Below, in pieces: positions 18,215 through 27,511 of a stretch of DNA of 59,654 bases. The stretch comes from a virus, in the IMG/VR virus record IMGVR_UViG_3300048913_000137, positions 1 through 59,654 of that record, one strand, 5' to 3'. Position 1 is the stretch's first letter, and every line of letters begins with the position of its first letter. Under the pieces are notes generated by a model. The model saw nothing but the letters and a program-made list of their open reading frames with translations, did not search any database and was not told the origin of the DNA. Made by a program: the position numbers and the translations under genes.

Positions 18215-19156
18215 TGCTTCTTCCTCTTCATCCGTGGAGGGGTCCCCGTCCGCCAATTCAGCCAACCAGGCATCAATGGCTTCCGTGGTGGTCTTTACTG
18301 CATCAATTAACCCTTTGTCTAGGGCTTCATCGGCGCGGTAAATTCGGGCCTGGGTTGCCCGCACGTCGGCTTCGCTCATCTCGCGAGCTTCGGCCACCAA
18401 CGCAATGAAGTCATCCCAGGTCTTTCCGGCGCTCTCCGTCCACTCGTCGAGCACCGACTGCGGCAAATCCTTATAGGGATTGCCGTCAATTTTGTGTTCG
18501 CCCGCCGTCGCGAAAGTGACCTTGATCCCTTCCTGCTTCAGCGCGCCTTCATATGAAATGTGCATCCGATAGACGCCGATGCTGCCGATCCGCGCGCTCG
18601 GGATGGCATACATCGTCGTGGCGCAGCAGGCGAGGGCGATGCCACCGGAGGCCGCCAGCGAATCGACCATCGCCAGGCTCGGCTTCAGTTTGCGCGACAT
18701 CATGATCTCGCGGGCAAGCTCGAAGCAGCCGGAGGCTTCGCCGCCGGGACTGTCAACGTCGAAAACGATTTGCTCAACGTCGTCGTCATCCAGCGCCAGG
18801 TTGAGCATCCGGCGGACGTAGTTGTAGCCGGTCACGAATCCCCAGGACCCGTTGAACCGATTGATGAGCGTGCCGTGGATCGGGATCACCGCGACGCCAT
18901 CGACATAGACGAAGGGCTTGCGCTCGGAGCCTTCTTCGTGATCGTATCCGTAGGCAAGCTCCAAGGCTTCCCTGGAAGCAACTTCCGCCGCCACGCCTTC
19001 GGTCGCCGCATCGGTTTCGCCATAGCGGGTCAGGTCCGCCATGACGCGATCCGTCGTCTCTCCCACAATGAGCATGTCCTTCAGCGACATGCGCTGAAGG
19101 ACGGAGATCATGCCGGAGAGATTGCTGTTACTCGTCGTCTTCTTGGCCATTGTCAT
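17579..19156 (-). CDS. Head maturation protease (S49/ClpP family, gpC-like) fused to a scaffold-like C-terminal half
   Basis: VIPIHGTLI...IVFDVDSPGGEASG is the S49 motif. The C-terminal half is Ala-rich and then carries poly-acidic and basic blocks. Start uncertain (19150-19183). Confidence 0.8.
   Translation of the reverse strand: MTMAKKTTSNSNLSGMISVLQRMSLKDMLIVGETTDRVMADLTRYGETDAATEGVAAEVASREALELAYGYDHEEGSERKPFVYVDGVAVIPIHGTLINRFNGSWGFVTGYNYVRRMLNLALDDDDVEQIVFDVDSPGGEASGCFELAREIMMSRKLKPSLAMVDSLAASGGIALACCATTMYAIPSARIGSIGVYRMHISYEGALKQEGIKVTFATAGEHKIDGNPYKDLPQSVLDEWTESAGKTWDDFIALVAEAREMSEADVRATQARIYRADEALDKGLIDAVKTTTEAIDAWLAELADGDPSTDEEEEAMTDKKAGSEVASGLTRDEVQGMISTAVNGVATMMARNAAIKDHAAAKGQVALGAKLIANVAITEEDAIGMIDAAAGNAAKPAKGKGKGKQSVSADNDGPGDEDDDDEDGDDSDEDDGDSDDDDGEEAADAARKRRVKGKSKVKGNRSRDNVNHLDRAMGGTRQPNVGAGDEGEDDDDDSPEAQAAMILGDHSRVAGASWSDMKKAKKSKAA
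18180..18190. repeat. One-mismatch variant GAAGcAACTTC
   Basis: In the protease/scaffold gene, read as EVAS. Confidence 0.6.
18975..18985. repeat. One-mismatch variant GAAGcAACTTC
   Basis: In the protease gene, read as EVAS. Confidence 0.6.
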
Positions 19157-20804
19157 TCCCCGCGTTGGAGTTGCCGCGTTCATTCTGGTTGCCGCCGTTG
19201 CCAGCGCCGGTCGCTGAAGGCGTCGTCGAGAAGGAGAAGGTCACACCCGCGTCCTTCATCATCCGGTTCTCCTTGCGGCGCTGCGCGATGATCTCGCGGA
19301 AGTCTTCGCCGACGCGCGCCGCTTCCTTTTCATAGGTGGAGAGGCCGCCAGCAATGCGGAGAAGCGCGGCCTGGGTTTCCTTCATCTCGTCGATCTGGCC
19401 ACGGCCCGAGCCGATCCAGGTGCAACGGGTGTAGGCGTCCTTCATGAGCGGCCGATAGAAGTCGGTGCGATTCCGGCCGGGAGGCAGCGGCAGATTGCCA
19501 GCAGCCATCTCTTCCTCAAACCACAGGCGATAGACGCCGGTTGCCCAGCGATCCGCCCATGCCTGCTTCTTGACCGACGTGTCACGCTCGGCCAGGGCAA
19601 GCTCGCCCTTCAGGCCGGAGTAGTTGACGCGGGCGAAGTCGCGGGAAAGATCGGCCGGGCTCACGCCAAGCGCCGCTGCGGTGTGGCGGAGAAGAGCGGC
19701 TTGGAAGTCACTTCCGACACCACCCGGCGTGCCCATCGGCGTCAGCTTCATGGACGAGCCGGGGAACAGGTGCGGCATCTTCGCGCCGTCGATGTGGATG
19801 TTGTCGCTGTTGGCCATGTAGCCCTGCAACATCATCATGTATTGACCGATGGCGTTCATCCAGCCTTCGGTGCCGCCACCCATCGCAGCGACGACATCGG
19901 CGCTCGGAAGCTCCGATTCAATCGACGCAGCATAGCTCGCGTTGACGACGGCGTTCTGAAGGGTGATCTCCGAGAACCGCTTCGTCATGCGGATGTGCGA
20001 AAGCGCGGCCACCATCTCGGACAGCCCGCGCGTTTGGTCGATTTGCAGGGCTTCGCGGATGAAGATCATCTGCTTGCGGCCCCACTTGGTTTCGGCTGGC
20101 ACCGTATCCCAATAGGAGTTGGTCACGTCATACCACTCGGACGGGTGCCCGCGCCGAATCTCAAACGCCTTCGGCTTGCCGCGACGATTGGTGATGATCC
20201 CCCGGCGACGGCGCGTGTCCGGCCCCAGGTTGTCGTCCGGCATCCCGTCCTTATTGCAGATGCGAGCCGGAGCGATCATCTGGATCGCGGTCTTGAACGG
20301 GCGGCCGGGATCGCTGTCCAGCCATTCGGACGAGCCGAACGCTTCGCCGGTCAAGGCGGCAGACCCGACGACGAGCCGCACCTGATCGGTGAAGGTCATC
20401 ATGCCGCCAGCATCGAACCAGCAATCCTCCGACTGCGCGGCCAGGTTGAAGCGCGCTTCGGCCACCGCCGCAAGCTCTTCGCCATACTCGCTCGCCGCTT
20501 CGCTGTCCTCGCCATAGATCACCCGATAGTCGGGCTTGGCGTTGAGCCGGAATTGCGAGCCGACGACGCTGTTCCGCTGGATGCGGATCGCGTGCTGCGT
20601 GTAGCCGTCGTTGACGGCCATGTCCGTCGAGCGCGCGTCGGCTTCCGGCTTGATCGTATTGATCGCCTGGTCCGGCGATAGACGGCTTGGTTGCCAAGTC
20701 ATCGTCTCGCGCATGTTGCGTTCGGCACCTTCGACACCGCCGCCCATCGCGGCTTCGCGGGGCGGCGTGGGGCCGAGCACAACGATTTCCCTACCGCGTG
20801 CCAT
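19128..20804 (-). CDS. Portal protein (lambda gpB-like)
   Basis: About 558 aa between the gpW-like and protease genes. Start taken at the ATG overlapping the gpW stop (TGATG); alternatives lie up to 20840. Confidence 0.75.
   Translation of the reverse strand: MARGREIVVLGPTPPREAAMGGGVEGAERNMRETMTWQPSRLSPDQAINTIKPEADARSTDMAVNDGYTQHAIRIQRNSVVGSQFRLNAKPDYRVIYGEDSEAASEYGEELAAVAEARFNLAAQSEDCWFDAGGMMTFTDQVRLVVGSAALTGEAFGSSEWLDSDPGRPFKTAIQMIAPARICNKDGMPDDNLGPDTRRRRGIITNRRGKPKAFEIRRGHPSEWYDVTNSYWDTVPAETKWGRKQMIFIREALQIDQTRGLSEMVAALSHIRMTKRFSEITLQNAVVNASYAASIESELPSADVVAAMGGGTEGWMNAIGQYMMMLQGYMANSDNIHIDGAKMPHLFPGSSMKLTPMGTPGGVGSDFQAALLRHTAAALGVSPADLSRDFARVNYSGLKGELALAERDTSVKKQAWADRWATGVYRLWFEEEMAAGNLPLPPGRNRTDFYRPLMKDAYTRCTWIGSGRGQIDEMKETQAALLRIAGGLSTYEKEAARVGEDFREIIAQRRKENRMMKDAGVTFSFSTTPSATGAGNGGNQNERGNSNAGNDNGQEDDE
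19704..19714. repeat. Dispersed palindrome copy GAAGTCACTTC
   Basis: In the portal gene, read as GSDF. Confidence 0.85.
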
Positions 20805-21055
20805 CAGAAGATAAACCCTATTGCTCGGGGACGACGGCACAAGGCCGCCATCGGGTTGAGAAGGTCTTTGAGGGACTGGATGTAGGCTTCCAGCTTGGCG
20901 ATGTTGGTGGTGTTATATTCCACCGTCTCGCCGTTCTGATCGACGAACCGCTTGACCGACTTGCCGGTCAGGATCGCGTCATAGGCGGCTTCGGCTTTGG
21001 TGAGCCGCGCCCGGTAAAGCGCCCGCTCGGCGTCCGTAAGCTGTGGCGTCATCAT
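20804..21055 (-). CDS. Head-tail joining protein (gpW-like)
   Basis: 83 aa. LYRARLTKAEAAYDAILTGKSVKRFVDQNGETVEYNTTNIAKLEAYI resembles gpW. Confidence 0.65.
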   Translation of the reverse strand: MMTPQLTDAERALYRARLTKAEAAYDAILTGKSVKRFVDQNGETVEYNTTNIAKLEAYIQSLKDLLNPMAALCRRPRAIGFIF

Positions 21056-21064
21056 GGTCCGGTC

Positions 21065-23179
21065 TTACCCCATCGCTTTACCGAATGCGCCCCAATCGAA
21101 GTTACTTCGCTGCATTGCATCCGCCGTTCCGGTCGCCTCCGCCTCAATGACCAGGGGGTTGTCGTTCGCCGCTGCTGCCCAAGGAGGGGGTTTGTCCCAA
21201 TCCAGCTTCTCTACATTGAGAAGCGAAGACGCGCAAGCCCCAATAGCGTAGTAGAACAAATCCCAGGCTTCATTGCGTTTCGCGATCTTTTCCCAGCCTT
21301 TTCCTGGGGTCCTAGTCTCGGCGCAAAGCTCTCCGAAGAACCAAGACATATCCTCACTTCGATCCGCCGAGATCAACCAGTCGGGGAGATGGATCATACC
21401 ATAGCCCGGCACCATGACATCTAGGCGGTCGTTGAGATTGTCTTTGTTGATCGTCGGATTTAGTAGCAGGACCGGAATTTCGCCAGCAGCACCAGCGCGG
21501 CTCTTCTTGTCCGCATCTGGATAGGTGATGCGAGCGCGCGGTGCGCCAGGCACAGCGTCACCCTTCACCAGATGGAATTTGCCGAGCCAGCCTTCCTTCC
21601 TGATCTTCCGGTAGAAGTTGTAGGCATTGGTGGTCACGCCCGCTTTACCGCCGGAGTCGCACAGGGTCAGCTTCACCATCATGCGGCGGCCCGAGTCGTC
21701 GTCGATCTCATAGCTGGCCTTCATGACCTGTTCGGTGATCTTATCCCAATCTTCGAGATACGCACCCGGCTTCACCCAAAGGAAGGACTCCTTCCCTTCA
21801 GGCGCGGACGGGTCCTGCCGATCCGAGTATTTGATGGTGAAACGATCCACCAGATACATATCATACGGCTTGCCCGGCGCGACGCCGACAATCTGCACGA
21901 CGAAGCTGTTCTTCTGCACGTCAACCAGGCCCAACAGGAAGCGGACCTTCGGCGGCACCTTCTTCTTCGTCCAGGGCTCGACGCGCCCGATCAAGTCTTC
22001 GAGCGTGCGGCTGTTGTCGTTGGCGATGTTCTTCGGGATGTAGGGGACACCGATGTCGGTGTTGAAGAATTTCGCCAGCGGCCCTTCATCGCTCGATTCG
22101 AGATATGCGTCCTCCGCGTCGAGATAGCTCTTGACGAGATTCTGCCAGGTGGTGAGGCCAGCGGCCACGCCCATGAGCCAGAAGCTCGCGATGTTAGACC
22201 GGCGGCCCTTGCCGACAATGCGGTCCCCGACAATCTGCTGCCCGTCCTTCAGCCAGCAGCCATCGCGATTCATGTCATACCGCTCGTCCGGCTGAATCTC
22301 ATAGGCGCAATGCGGGCACTCCATGTAGGCGGTTTCCGCCTTATCCAGATTCGATTCGAGCGCGTGGTTCCACTTCATGTGCTCCCACCGGCCCTCGAAG
22401 TAACTTCCGCAATCGGGGCACGGCCAATACCAGCGGCGACGGTCGCCACGATTGTAGAGCGCCAGGATGCCGGTCGTCGGCGGAGCCGCATGGCCCTTGA
22501 CGACTTTCTTGTAATCGGTGATCTCGCGCGACGGGCTGGACTCGGCCAGGGTCATGGCGAAGCTGCCGTAGGTGGTGGTGCGCTTCGACGCGAGATCGAA
22601 AGCGTTGCCGTCGCCGCCGATGTCATCGGGGATGCGGTCATAGTCGGTGATGCCGACGCGGCCTACCGGCTTGCCCGCCATTTCGGTGACGGACGGGTAG
22701 GACAGCGTGAGAAGCATCCCGTTCTCATAGTGCTTGTCGAATTTGTTATCGCTGTCTTTGTTCTTCACCAGCGCAGCGCCGACTTCTTCGGTGTGGCGAT
22801 GAAGGCGATCCACGCGACGCATGGAGAAGTCGCGGGCCGCCGTGAAAGTCGGCGAGTAGATAATCATGTCCTGGGGATCGGTCGTGGCGCTGTAGCCGAT
22901 CCAGTTGACAATGAGGGCGTCGGTCTTGGCGCACTGTGCGGGACCGGCGAACACCATCCCCTTGAAGAGCGGGGACGTGAGGGTGTCCTGCGGCTCCACC
23001 ATGTAGGGGGTGGTTTCGTTGTTCCAGTCACCGACGAAAGCGCCAGGCTGGTTGATGAAGCGATACTCGTCAGCCCATTCGCTGACCGTCATGCGCCGTG
23101 GCGGGACAAATACCTTCGCGGCGGTCTTGGCGATTAGATCGCCGAGATCGTCATATGTAGTCGTCCTCTTCCTCGTCAT
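21065..23179 (-). CDS. terL: Terminase large subunit (lambda gpA-like)
   Basis: PPRRMTVSEWADEYRFI near the N-terminus and overall size match the gpA family. The start at 23179 (MTRKRTTTYDD) overlaps terS by 29 nt; 23221 and 23311 are alternatives. Confidence 0.8.
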   Translation of the reverse strand: MTRKRTTTYDDLGDLIAKTAAKVFVPPRRMTVSEWADEYRFINQPGAFVGDWNNETTPYMVEPQDTLTSPLFKGMVFAGPAQCAKTDALIVNWIGYSATTDPQDMIIYSPTFTAARDFSMRRVDRLHRHTEEVGAALVKNKDSDNKFDKHYENGMLLTLSYPSVTEMAGKPVGRVGITDYDRIPDDIGGDGNAFDLASKRTTTYGSFAMTLAESSPSREITDYKKVVKGHAAPPTTGILALYNRGDRRRWYWPCPDCGSYFEGRWEHMKWNHALESNLDKAETAYMECPHCAYEIQPDERYDMNRDGCWLKDGQQIVGDRIVGKGRRSNIASFWLMGVAAGLTTWQNLVKSYLDAEDAYLESSDEGPLAKFFNTDIGVPYIPKNIANDNSRTLEDLIGRVEPWTKKKVPPKVRFLLGLVDVQKNSFVVQIVGVAPGKPYDMYLVDRFTIKYSDRQDPSAPEGKESFLWVKPGAYLEDWDKITEQVMKASYEIDDDSGRRMMVKLTLCDSGGKAGVTTNAYNFYRKIRKEGWLGKFHLVKGDAVPGAPRARITYPDADKKSRAGAAGEIPVLLLNPTINKDNLNDRLDVMVPGYGMIHLPDWLISADRSEDMSWFFGELCAETRTPGKGWEKIAKRNEAWDLFYYAIGACASSLLNVEKLDWDKPPPWAAAANDNPLVIEAEATGTADAMQRSNFDWGAFGKAMG
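21098..21108. repeat. Dispersed palindrome copy GAAGTTACTTC
   Basis: In terL, read as RSNF. Confidence 0.9.
22397..22407. repeat. Dispersed palindrome copy GAAGTAACTTC
   Basis: In terL, read as GSYF. Confidence 0.9.
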
Positions 23180-23897
23180 CCTCGGCTGCAAGAAGATTTC
23201 CGTCGTCCTCTTCCTCGTCATCCTCCGCCGTGATGTTCTCATCGTCGGCATCGTCGTCGAGATCGTCTTCGTCGGATCGAAGCGGGAATCCAGTTGGGGC
23301 GCGGTTAGCATGATATTCCTTGAATTTGTCGGTTATGTCTTGGCCGAGCTTCACGATCATACCGTCCATAATACGCCGAATAATTAACCTTTGTCCAGGT
23401 GTCAGGCCACTCTCACGGTCAACGTCGTCCGCGACCAGTAAAACCGCCATTCGGACGACGTTCAATATCTCGCCGAAGGCCGCCACAACATCGTCAGTCG
23501 GCCAAAGGTTCCCCAGGCTCTTCTCATAGTTGAGCCGGGCATTCTGGCCGTTCCAGAATTCCTTTGACAGCAGGGGCGGAAGCTCCTGGGGCGACATCTG
23601 CCGGATGAAGTCTTCAATCTCATAGCCGGGCGTCACCAGATACTCGGCCGCTTCGCGGATCGAATAGACCTTGTAGCCGGATCGGGTGCCCTTCGGAATC
23701 ACACCCTTCAGGCGCTTCGGCAGGGTCTTGGCATCCGTCTCGAATAGCTGCGCGATCTGCGCGAAGGTCGCTTGCCCGGTGGCGAGCAGCGTGGAAGTAA
23801 CTTCGTCCTTTGCGCCAGGCGGACGGCCACGCTTCGGCACGATGTCGTCGAGCGCCGGGCTGGTCTTGCGCCTGCGGTTTACCCCTGTTTTCGCCAC
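23151..23897 (-). CDS. terS: Terminase small subunit (putative, HTH N-terminus, acidic C-terminal tail)
   Basis: 248 aa immediately upstream of terL. TFAQIAQLFETDAKTLPKRLK looks like an HTH. The C-terminus carries a duplicated EDDEEEDD. Confidence 0.5.
   Translation of the reverse strand: MAKTGVNRRRKTSPALDDIVPKRGRPPGAKDEVTSTLLATGQATFAQIAQLFETDAKTLPKRLKGVIPKGTRSGYKVYSIREAAEYLVTPGYEIEDFIRQMSPQELPPLLSKEFWNGQNARLNYEKSLGNLWPTDDVVAAFGEILNVVRMAVLLVADDVDRESGLTPGQRLIIRRIMDGMIVKLGQDITDKFKEYHANRAPTGFPLRSDEDDLDDDADDENITAEDDEEEDDGNLLAAEDDEEEDDYI
23794..23804. repeat. Dispersed palindrome copy GAAGTAACTTC
   Basis: In terS, read as EVTS. Confidence 0.9.
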
Positions 23898-24088
23898 GTC
23901 TCAATCCTTTCATGTCGTTCGCGCTCGGCCTCCATGCGGTGCTGCGCTTCTGCGCTGCGGCTCGCGATGGCTAGGCCGTTGTGATAGATGGCGGCTTCTC
24001 GCGGAGTCATCCGCTGGTGTCGCATAACCCAGCCGGTATATGCGAAAGCCTTCTCTAAGTCGAGCAGGGCTATTTCAAGGCGCGACAT
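23879..24088 (-). CDS. Hypothetical protein
   Basis: Start MSRLEIALL with GGAGA 5 nt upstream. Overlaps neighbouring genes by ~19 nt on each side. Confidence 0.4.
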   Translation of the reverse strand: MSRLEIALLDLEKAFAYTGWVMRHQRMTPREAAIYHNGLAIASRSAEAQHRMEAERERHERIETWRKQG

Positions 24089-24435
24089 AGGTTCTCCATC
24101 TCCCCCTCGCACCGCGCCAGGGCTCCCAGGAGCCCCAGGGGGCCGTTATCCGGCACTCCGGCTAGTCCGCACGCCGCGCCACGCGCCATCGACGGATACA
24201 GCGTGCTTAGGCGGGTCCCTGCGGACAGGTCATCTCGGTCCACCCATCCCTTGTGCATGTGTTCCAGGTCATCCCACTCTTCATCGAGCATGACGCATAT
24301 CTCGTCGAACGTCGCGTCCGACAAGACCGGGGTGTCGAGCACATAGTAGGCGTAGGCTCCGATGAGATACCAAGGGATGAGCATGTTGCGGCTCGCCCCT
24401 ATCGCGGTCATCGCCTTGGCGTCATGGTCGCGCAC
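24070..24435 (-). CDS. Hypothetical protein
   Basis: 121-aa ORF in operon phase; no motif recognised. Confidence 0.4.
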   Translation of the reverse strand: MRDHDAKAMTAIGASRNMLIPWYLIGAYAYYVLDTPVLSDATFDEICVMLDEEWDDLEHMHKGWVDRDDLSAGTRLSTLYPSMARGAACGLAGVPDNGPLGLLGALARCEGEMENLCRALK

Positions 24436-24796
24436 GGACCATCACCGTCATCGAAAGCTCGTCCAGGGCTTCGCCAAGGCTCGCCATCTTGGACAGCAGG
24501 CCCGGCGGCTTCATGGCCGCCAGCGCGTTCTCGATAGCCTCCCGCAACGTCTCGCCGCGAACCTGGATCACCGTCGAGCCATCGGCCCATATTACGCGGT
24601 CGTTGCGCCGGAGCACGACATGCCAGGGATCGTCATCACGCGGGACGTTCGGCAGCTTGCGTGGCGGGTCCTTCTTGAACCAGCCCACCGGCTGATAGCA
24701 ACTGGCGTTGACGCCGAAATGATTCAACTGCGCCCGCAAGTCGGCGGGTATCTTAGGCTGCGACACGGTAGGTCCTCCGTTCATTGTCATTCGCAT
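24422..24796 (-). CDS. Hypothetical protein
   Basis: Internal start (MRMTMNGG) of ORF 24422..24892. The longer form would overlap the SNF2 gene by 140 nt. Confidence 0.4.
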   Translation of the reverse strand: MRMTMNGGPTVSQPKIPADLRAQLNHFGVNASCYQPVGWFKKDPPRKLPNVPRDDDPWHVVLRRNDRVIWADGSTVIQVRGETLREAIENALAAMKPPGLLSKMASLGEALDELSMTVMVRARP

Positions 24797-26393
24797 ACCG
24801 CGCCCTCGCTGCGCGGATATACTTGAACAAGCGTTCCTGCCCGGCACCCTTGTCCTGTAGGCAGTCATAGACGATTTCGTCGGCGGTGCCAACGCACATG
24901 AGATGATGGGATCGCACCACCTGGCGCTGCCCCTGGCGGGCGAGGCGGCCGATCAATTGCTCGTAAAGCTCGCGGCTCCAACACAGGTCGAACCAGGCCA
25001 CGTCATGACCGGGACCCTTCTGCATGTTGAGGCCGTGCGCCGCGCCGCCGGGCTGCATGAACAGCAGCGGAATCTTGCCTGCGTTCCAGTCGGGGATGCA
25101 GCGCCCGGCCTTATCCATGACGGTCGCGCCGGGGAATGCTTTGCGAAGTCGGGCAAGGCTGCTTTTGAACCAGTAGCTCACCATCAACGGCTCGCCCTGC
25201 ATCTCGTCGATCAACTCGCGGAGGGCTTCGATCTTCTCGTCATGCACCGGCACGACGGTCTTCTCTTCGGTATAGACCGCGCCACTCGTCATCTGAAGCA
25301 GCTTATTGAAGAGTGCCGCGCCGTTGACCGCCTCGATCCGCATGTCGTCGAGCTTCAGGATCATGGTCTTCTCGAAGTCGTGATAGCGCGCCATCATGTC
25401 TTCGTTGAGACGGATCGGTCGCTTGACTGGCAACCATTCTTCGACGCCTAGCTCTTCTCGATAATCGGCGGCCTTCATGACCAGGCAGATGTCCGCCATC
25501 TTCGCCGCGATCTTCTGTTCGCTGCCTTTCTTGATAACCCATTTCTTCGCCTGCTTGATCTCGGTGAAGTAGCGTTGCAGAAAATGGGTGACATAGCGGC
25601 CGAACCGGCGTCCGCGATCCAGGAGGAAAATCTGCGCGAAGATGTGCTGGAACGACTCGGCCGCCGGGCTGGCGGTCAAGGTGTGCAGGCGGGTGATCCG
25701 GGGCAGGCACTTCTTCAGCGCCCGATACCGCTTCGTGGTGTAGTCCTTAAACTTCGACGACTCATCGACGATCACGGTGTCATAGGGCCACTTCAGCCCA
25801 TACTCCCGGCCCATGCGCTCCCAAAAAGCGACGAGCCATTCCAGCCGTTCGATGTTGATGATGTGAAGCTGCGCGTCGCTCATGGCCTGCTTCTGGCGCT
25901 GAAGCTCCTTGGCGGCCTGGCGGTAGGGCGCAGCAGCCCGGCGGGCATATCCAGCGGCCACGGCTGGCGTCTCGCCGACTGCACGCTGCCGAGCATACTC
26001 CTGGTCATAGTGGAGCTTGTAGAGCCGCTTGATCTCGTCATCATCGTCTTCTGCGCGGATCAAGCTGTAGTCGATTCCGGCCGCCTGCTTCCACTCCTTG
26101 ATCTCTTCCGGCCAGGTTGCCTTGGCGACGCGGAGCGGAGCGATGACGAGCGCCTTGCCCTCCCATCCCTCTTTGATGAGATCGGCGAGCAGGGTGAGGC
26201 AGATGACCGACTTCCCCATCCCCAAGTCGATGAAGAGTGCGGAGAACGGCGTCTCGTAAAGGAAGCGAACCGCCTTGCGCTGATACTTGTGAAGGTCTTT
26301 GCGCGTGCGGACGACGCCGCCATAGGTCTTCTCATACCAGGCGGCGACATCGAATCGTTCTTCCAGGCGCTCATTATGCAGCATGAAGCTCAA
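24753..26393 (-). CDS. SNF2/DEAD-like helicase
   Basis: DLGMGKS (Walker A), VIVDESSKF (DExx) and C-terminal helicase motifs. Typical partner of VRR-NUC in phage replication modules. Confidence 0.8.
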   Translation of the reverse strand: MSFMLHNERLEERFDVAAWYEKTYGGVVRTRKDLHKYQRKAVRFLYETPFSALFIDLGMGKSVICLTLLADLIKEGWEGKALVIAPLRVAKATWPEEIKEWKQAAGIDYSLIRAEDDDDEIKRLYKLHYDQEYARQRAVGETPAVAAGYARRAAAPYRQAAKELQRQKQAMSDAQLHIINIERLEWLVAFWERMGREYGLKWPYDTVIVDESSKFKDYTTKRYRALKKCLPRITRLHTLTASPAAESFQHIFAQIFLLDRGRRFGRYVTHFLQRYFTEIKQAKKWVIKKGSEQKIAAKMADICLVMKAADYREELGVEEWLPVKRPIRLNEDMMARYHDFEKTMILKLDDMRIEAVNGAALFNKLLQMTSGAVYTEEKTVVPVHDEKIEALRELIDEMQGEPLMVSYWFKSSLARLRKAFPGATVMDKAGRCIPDWNAGKIPLLFMQPGGAAHGLNMQKGPGHDVAWFDLCWSRELYEQLIGRLARQGQRQVVRSHHLMCVGTADEIVYDCLQDKGAGQERLFKYIRAARARYANDNERRTYRVAA

Positions 26394-26727
26394 TCACCTT
26401 CAGGGCTCGCGGCGTATATTCGACCTTGTATCCACCGGGGTCCAGGCCCACCAGGCGGCGATAGGTTTCCACGCTATCCGCCCACCAGGCTTCGATCCCT
26501 TGCTCGCGCAACTCATAGATGCGGAGCCATTGCTGTTCTTCCGGCTCTTTGCCAGGAACCTTAAACTCGATAAAAATGACGCCCCCGGATACCTTGCTCG
26601 CCAGGGTATCGGGGACGCCGCCAATCGACTTGCCCTCTATGTTCCAGAAGATCAAACCGTTGGGCTTAGCGTGCTTGTTCCGGCACTCGCTCTTGATCTT
26701 CCCTTCTGGTTGCTTCTGCGCCATCAT
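26374..26727 (-). CDS. VRR-NUC domain nuclease
   Basis: Start MMAQKQ is ATGA-coupled to the methyltransferase stop. PDTLA...IFIEFKVPG fits the D...ExK nuclease motif. Confidence 0.65.
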   Translation of the reverse strand: MMAQKQPEGKIKSECRNKHAKPNGLIFWNIEGKSIGGVPDTLASKVSGGVIFIEFKVPGKEPEEQQWLRIYELREQGIEAWWADSVETYRRLVGLDPGGYKVEYTPRALKVIELHAA

Positions 26728-27422
26728 CCTATCTCCGACGCTAGGCATTCGAGTTGATATTCGAGATACCACAGGACCGAACGAAGCGAAGCGCCTCCCC
26801 AATAGCGGGCTTTTGCAGCGGCCAGTCCGGCGTAGGTGATGCTGCGTTCCAGCCAACGATCATCACTCGGCCCAAGCCGGTTCTGCCCGGTGTCGGTCTG
26901 GTTCGCCCACCGTTCCATGACACGGCCGATCTTCGGATCATACACCATCCGGCCGTTCTTCCGCATGGTCGGCACCAAGCGTTGATAGTCGGTTTCGTCG
27001 CCCGGCCAGTAGCACGTTTTCTTCGAGGCGTCGTGTCCGAATTCATACGGCTGCACAATCTGCGCCGGTTTGCGAATGCGCGATGAGATGCAGCCTACCG
27101 GATTCTCGACGTAAACGCGCTTGCACGGCAGGCGAAGTAACTTCCCGAAATTCTCTATCGCATCTTCGGTCTTCTGCTGGCGCTCGGGGTTGCCCTTGTT
27201 CCGGTGCAAGCCGGAGACAGTCAGGTATGTGCATTCCGGGTGTGCTATGATCTCGTCGAAACTCTCCGCTGGAAACCGGCGAAGAAAATCCCACACATCG
27301 CCTTGCCAATGCGGGCCGGGTCGCATCGTCGGCAACAGGTCAACCGAGATCGCATCATGCCCGGCGGCAATGAATGCGTCTCGCACTGTCCCGCTGCACT
27401 CGTAAAGAACCACCACCCGCAT
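26724..27422 (-). CDS. DNA cytosine-C5 methyltransferase-like protein (short phage type)
   Basis: LYECSGTV (motif I-like), HPECTYLT (Pro-Cys motif IV-like), YVENPVG (ENV motif VI-like). 232 aa, so the target-recognition region is short. Confidence 0.55.
   Translation of the reverse strand: MRVVVLYECSGTVRDAFIAAGHDAISVDLLPTMRPGPHWQGDVWDFLRRFPAESFDEIIAHPECTYLTVSGLHRNKGNPERQQKTEDAIENFGKLLRLPCKRVYVENPVGCISSRIRKPAQIVQPYEFGHDASKKTCYWPGDETDYQRLVPTMRKNGRMVYDPKIGRVMERWANQTDTGQNRLGPSDDRWLERSITYAGLAAAKARYWGGASLRSVLWYLEYQLECLASEIG
27134..27144. repeat. Dispersed palindrome copy GAAGTAACTTC
   Basis: In the C5-MTase-like gene, read as KLL. Confidence 0.9.
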
Positions 27423-27511
27423 GTTACATATCCTACCAGTAAATCGCTTTTACACCCCGGATATGTCACATATCCTGTGTCTGATCTATTCCAGACCCAT
27501 GACTTGTGACA

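Noticed and set aside
23898-24112. cos site immediately upstream of terS, as in lambda
   Set aside because: The region is fully coding (ORF 23879..24088 overlaps the terS start), and I saw no obvious cohesive-end or R-site repeats. Genome ends cannot be inferred from this circularised assembly.
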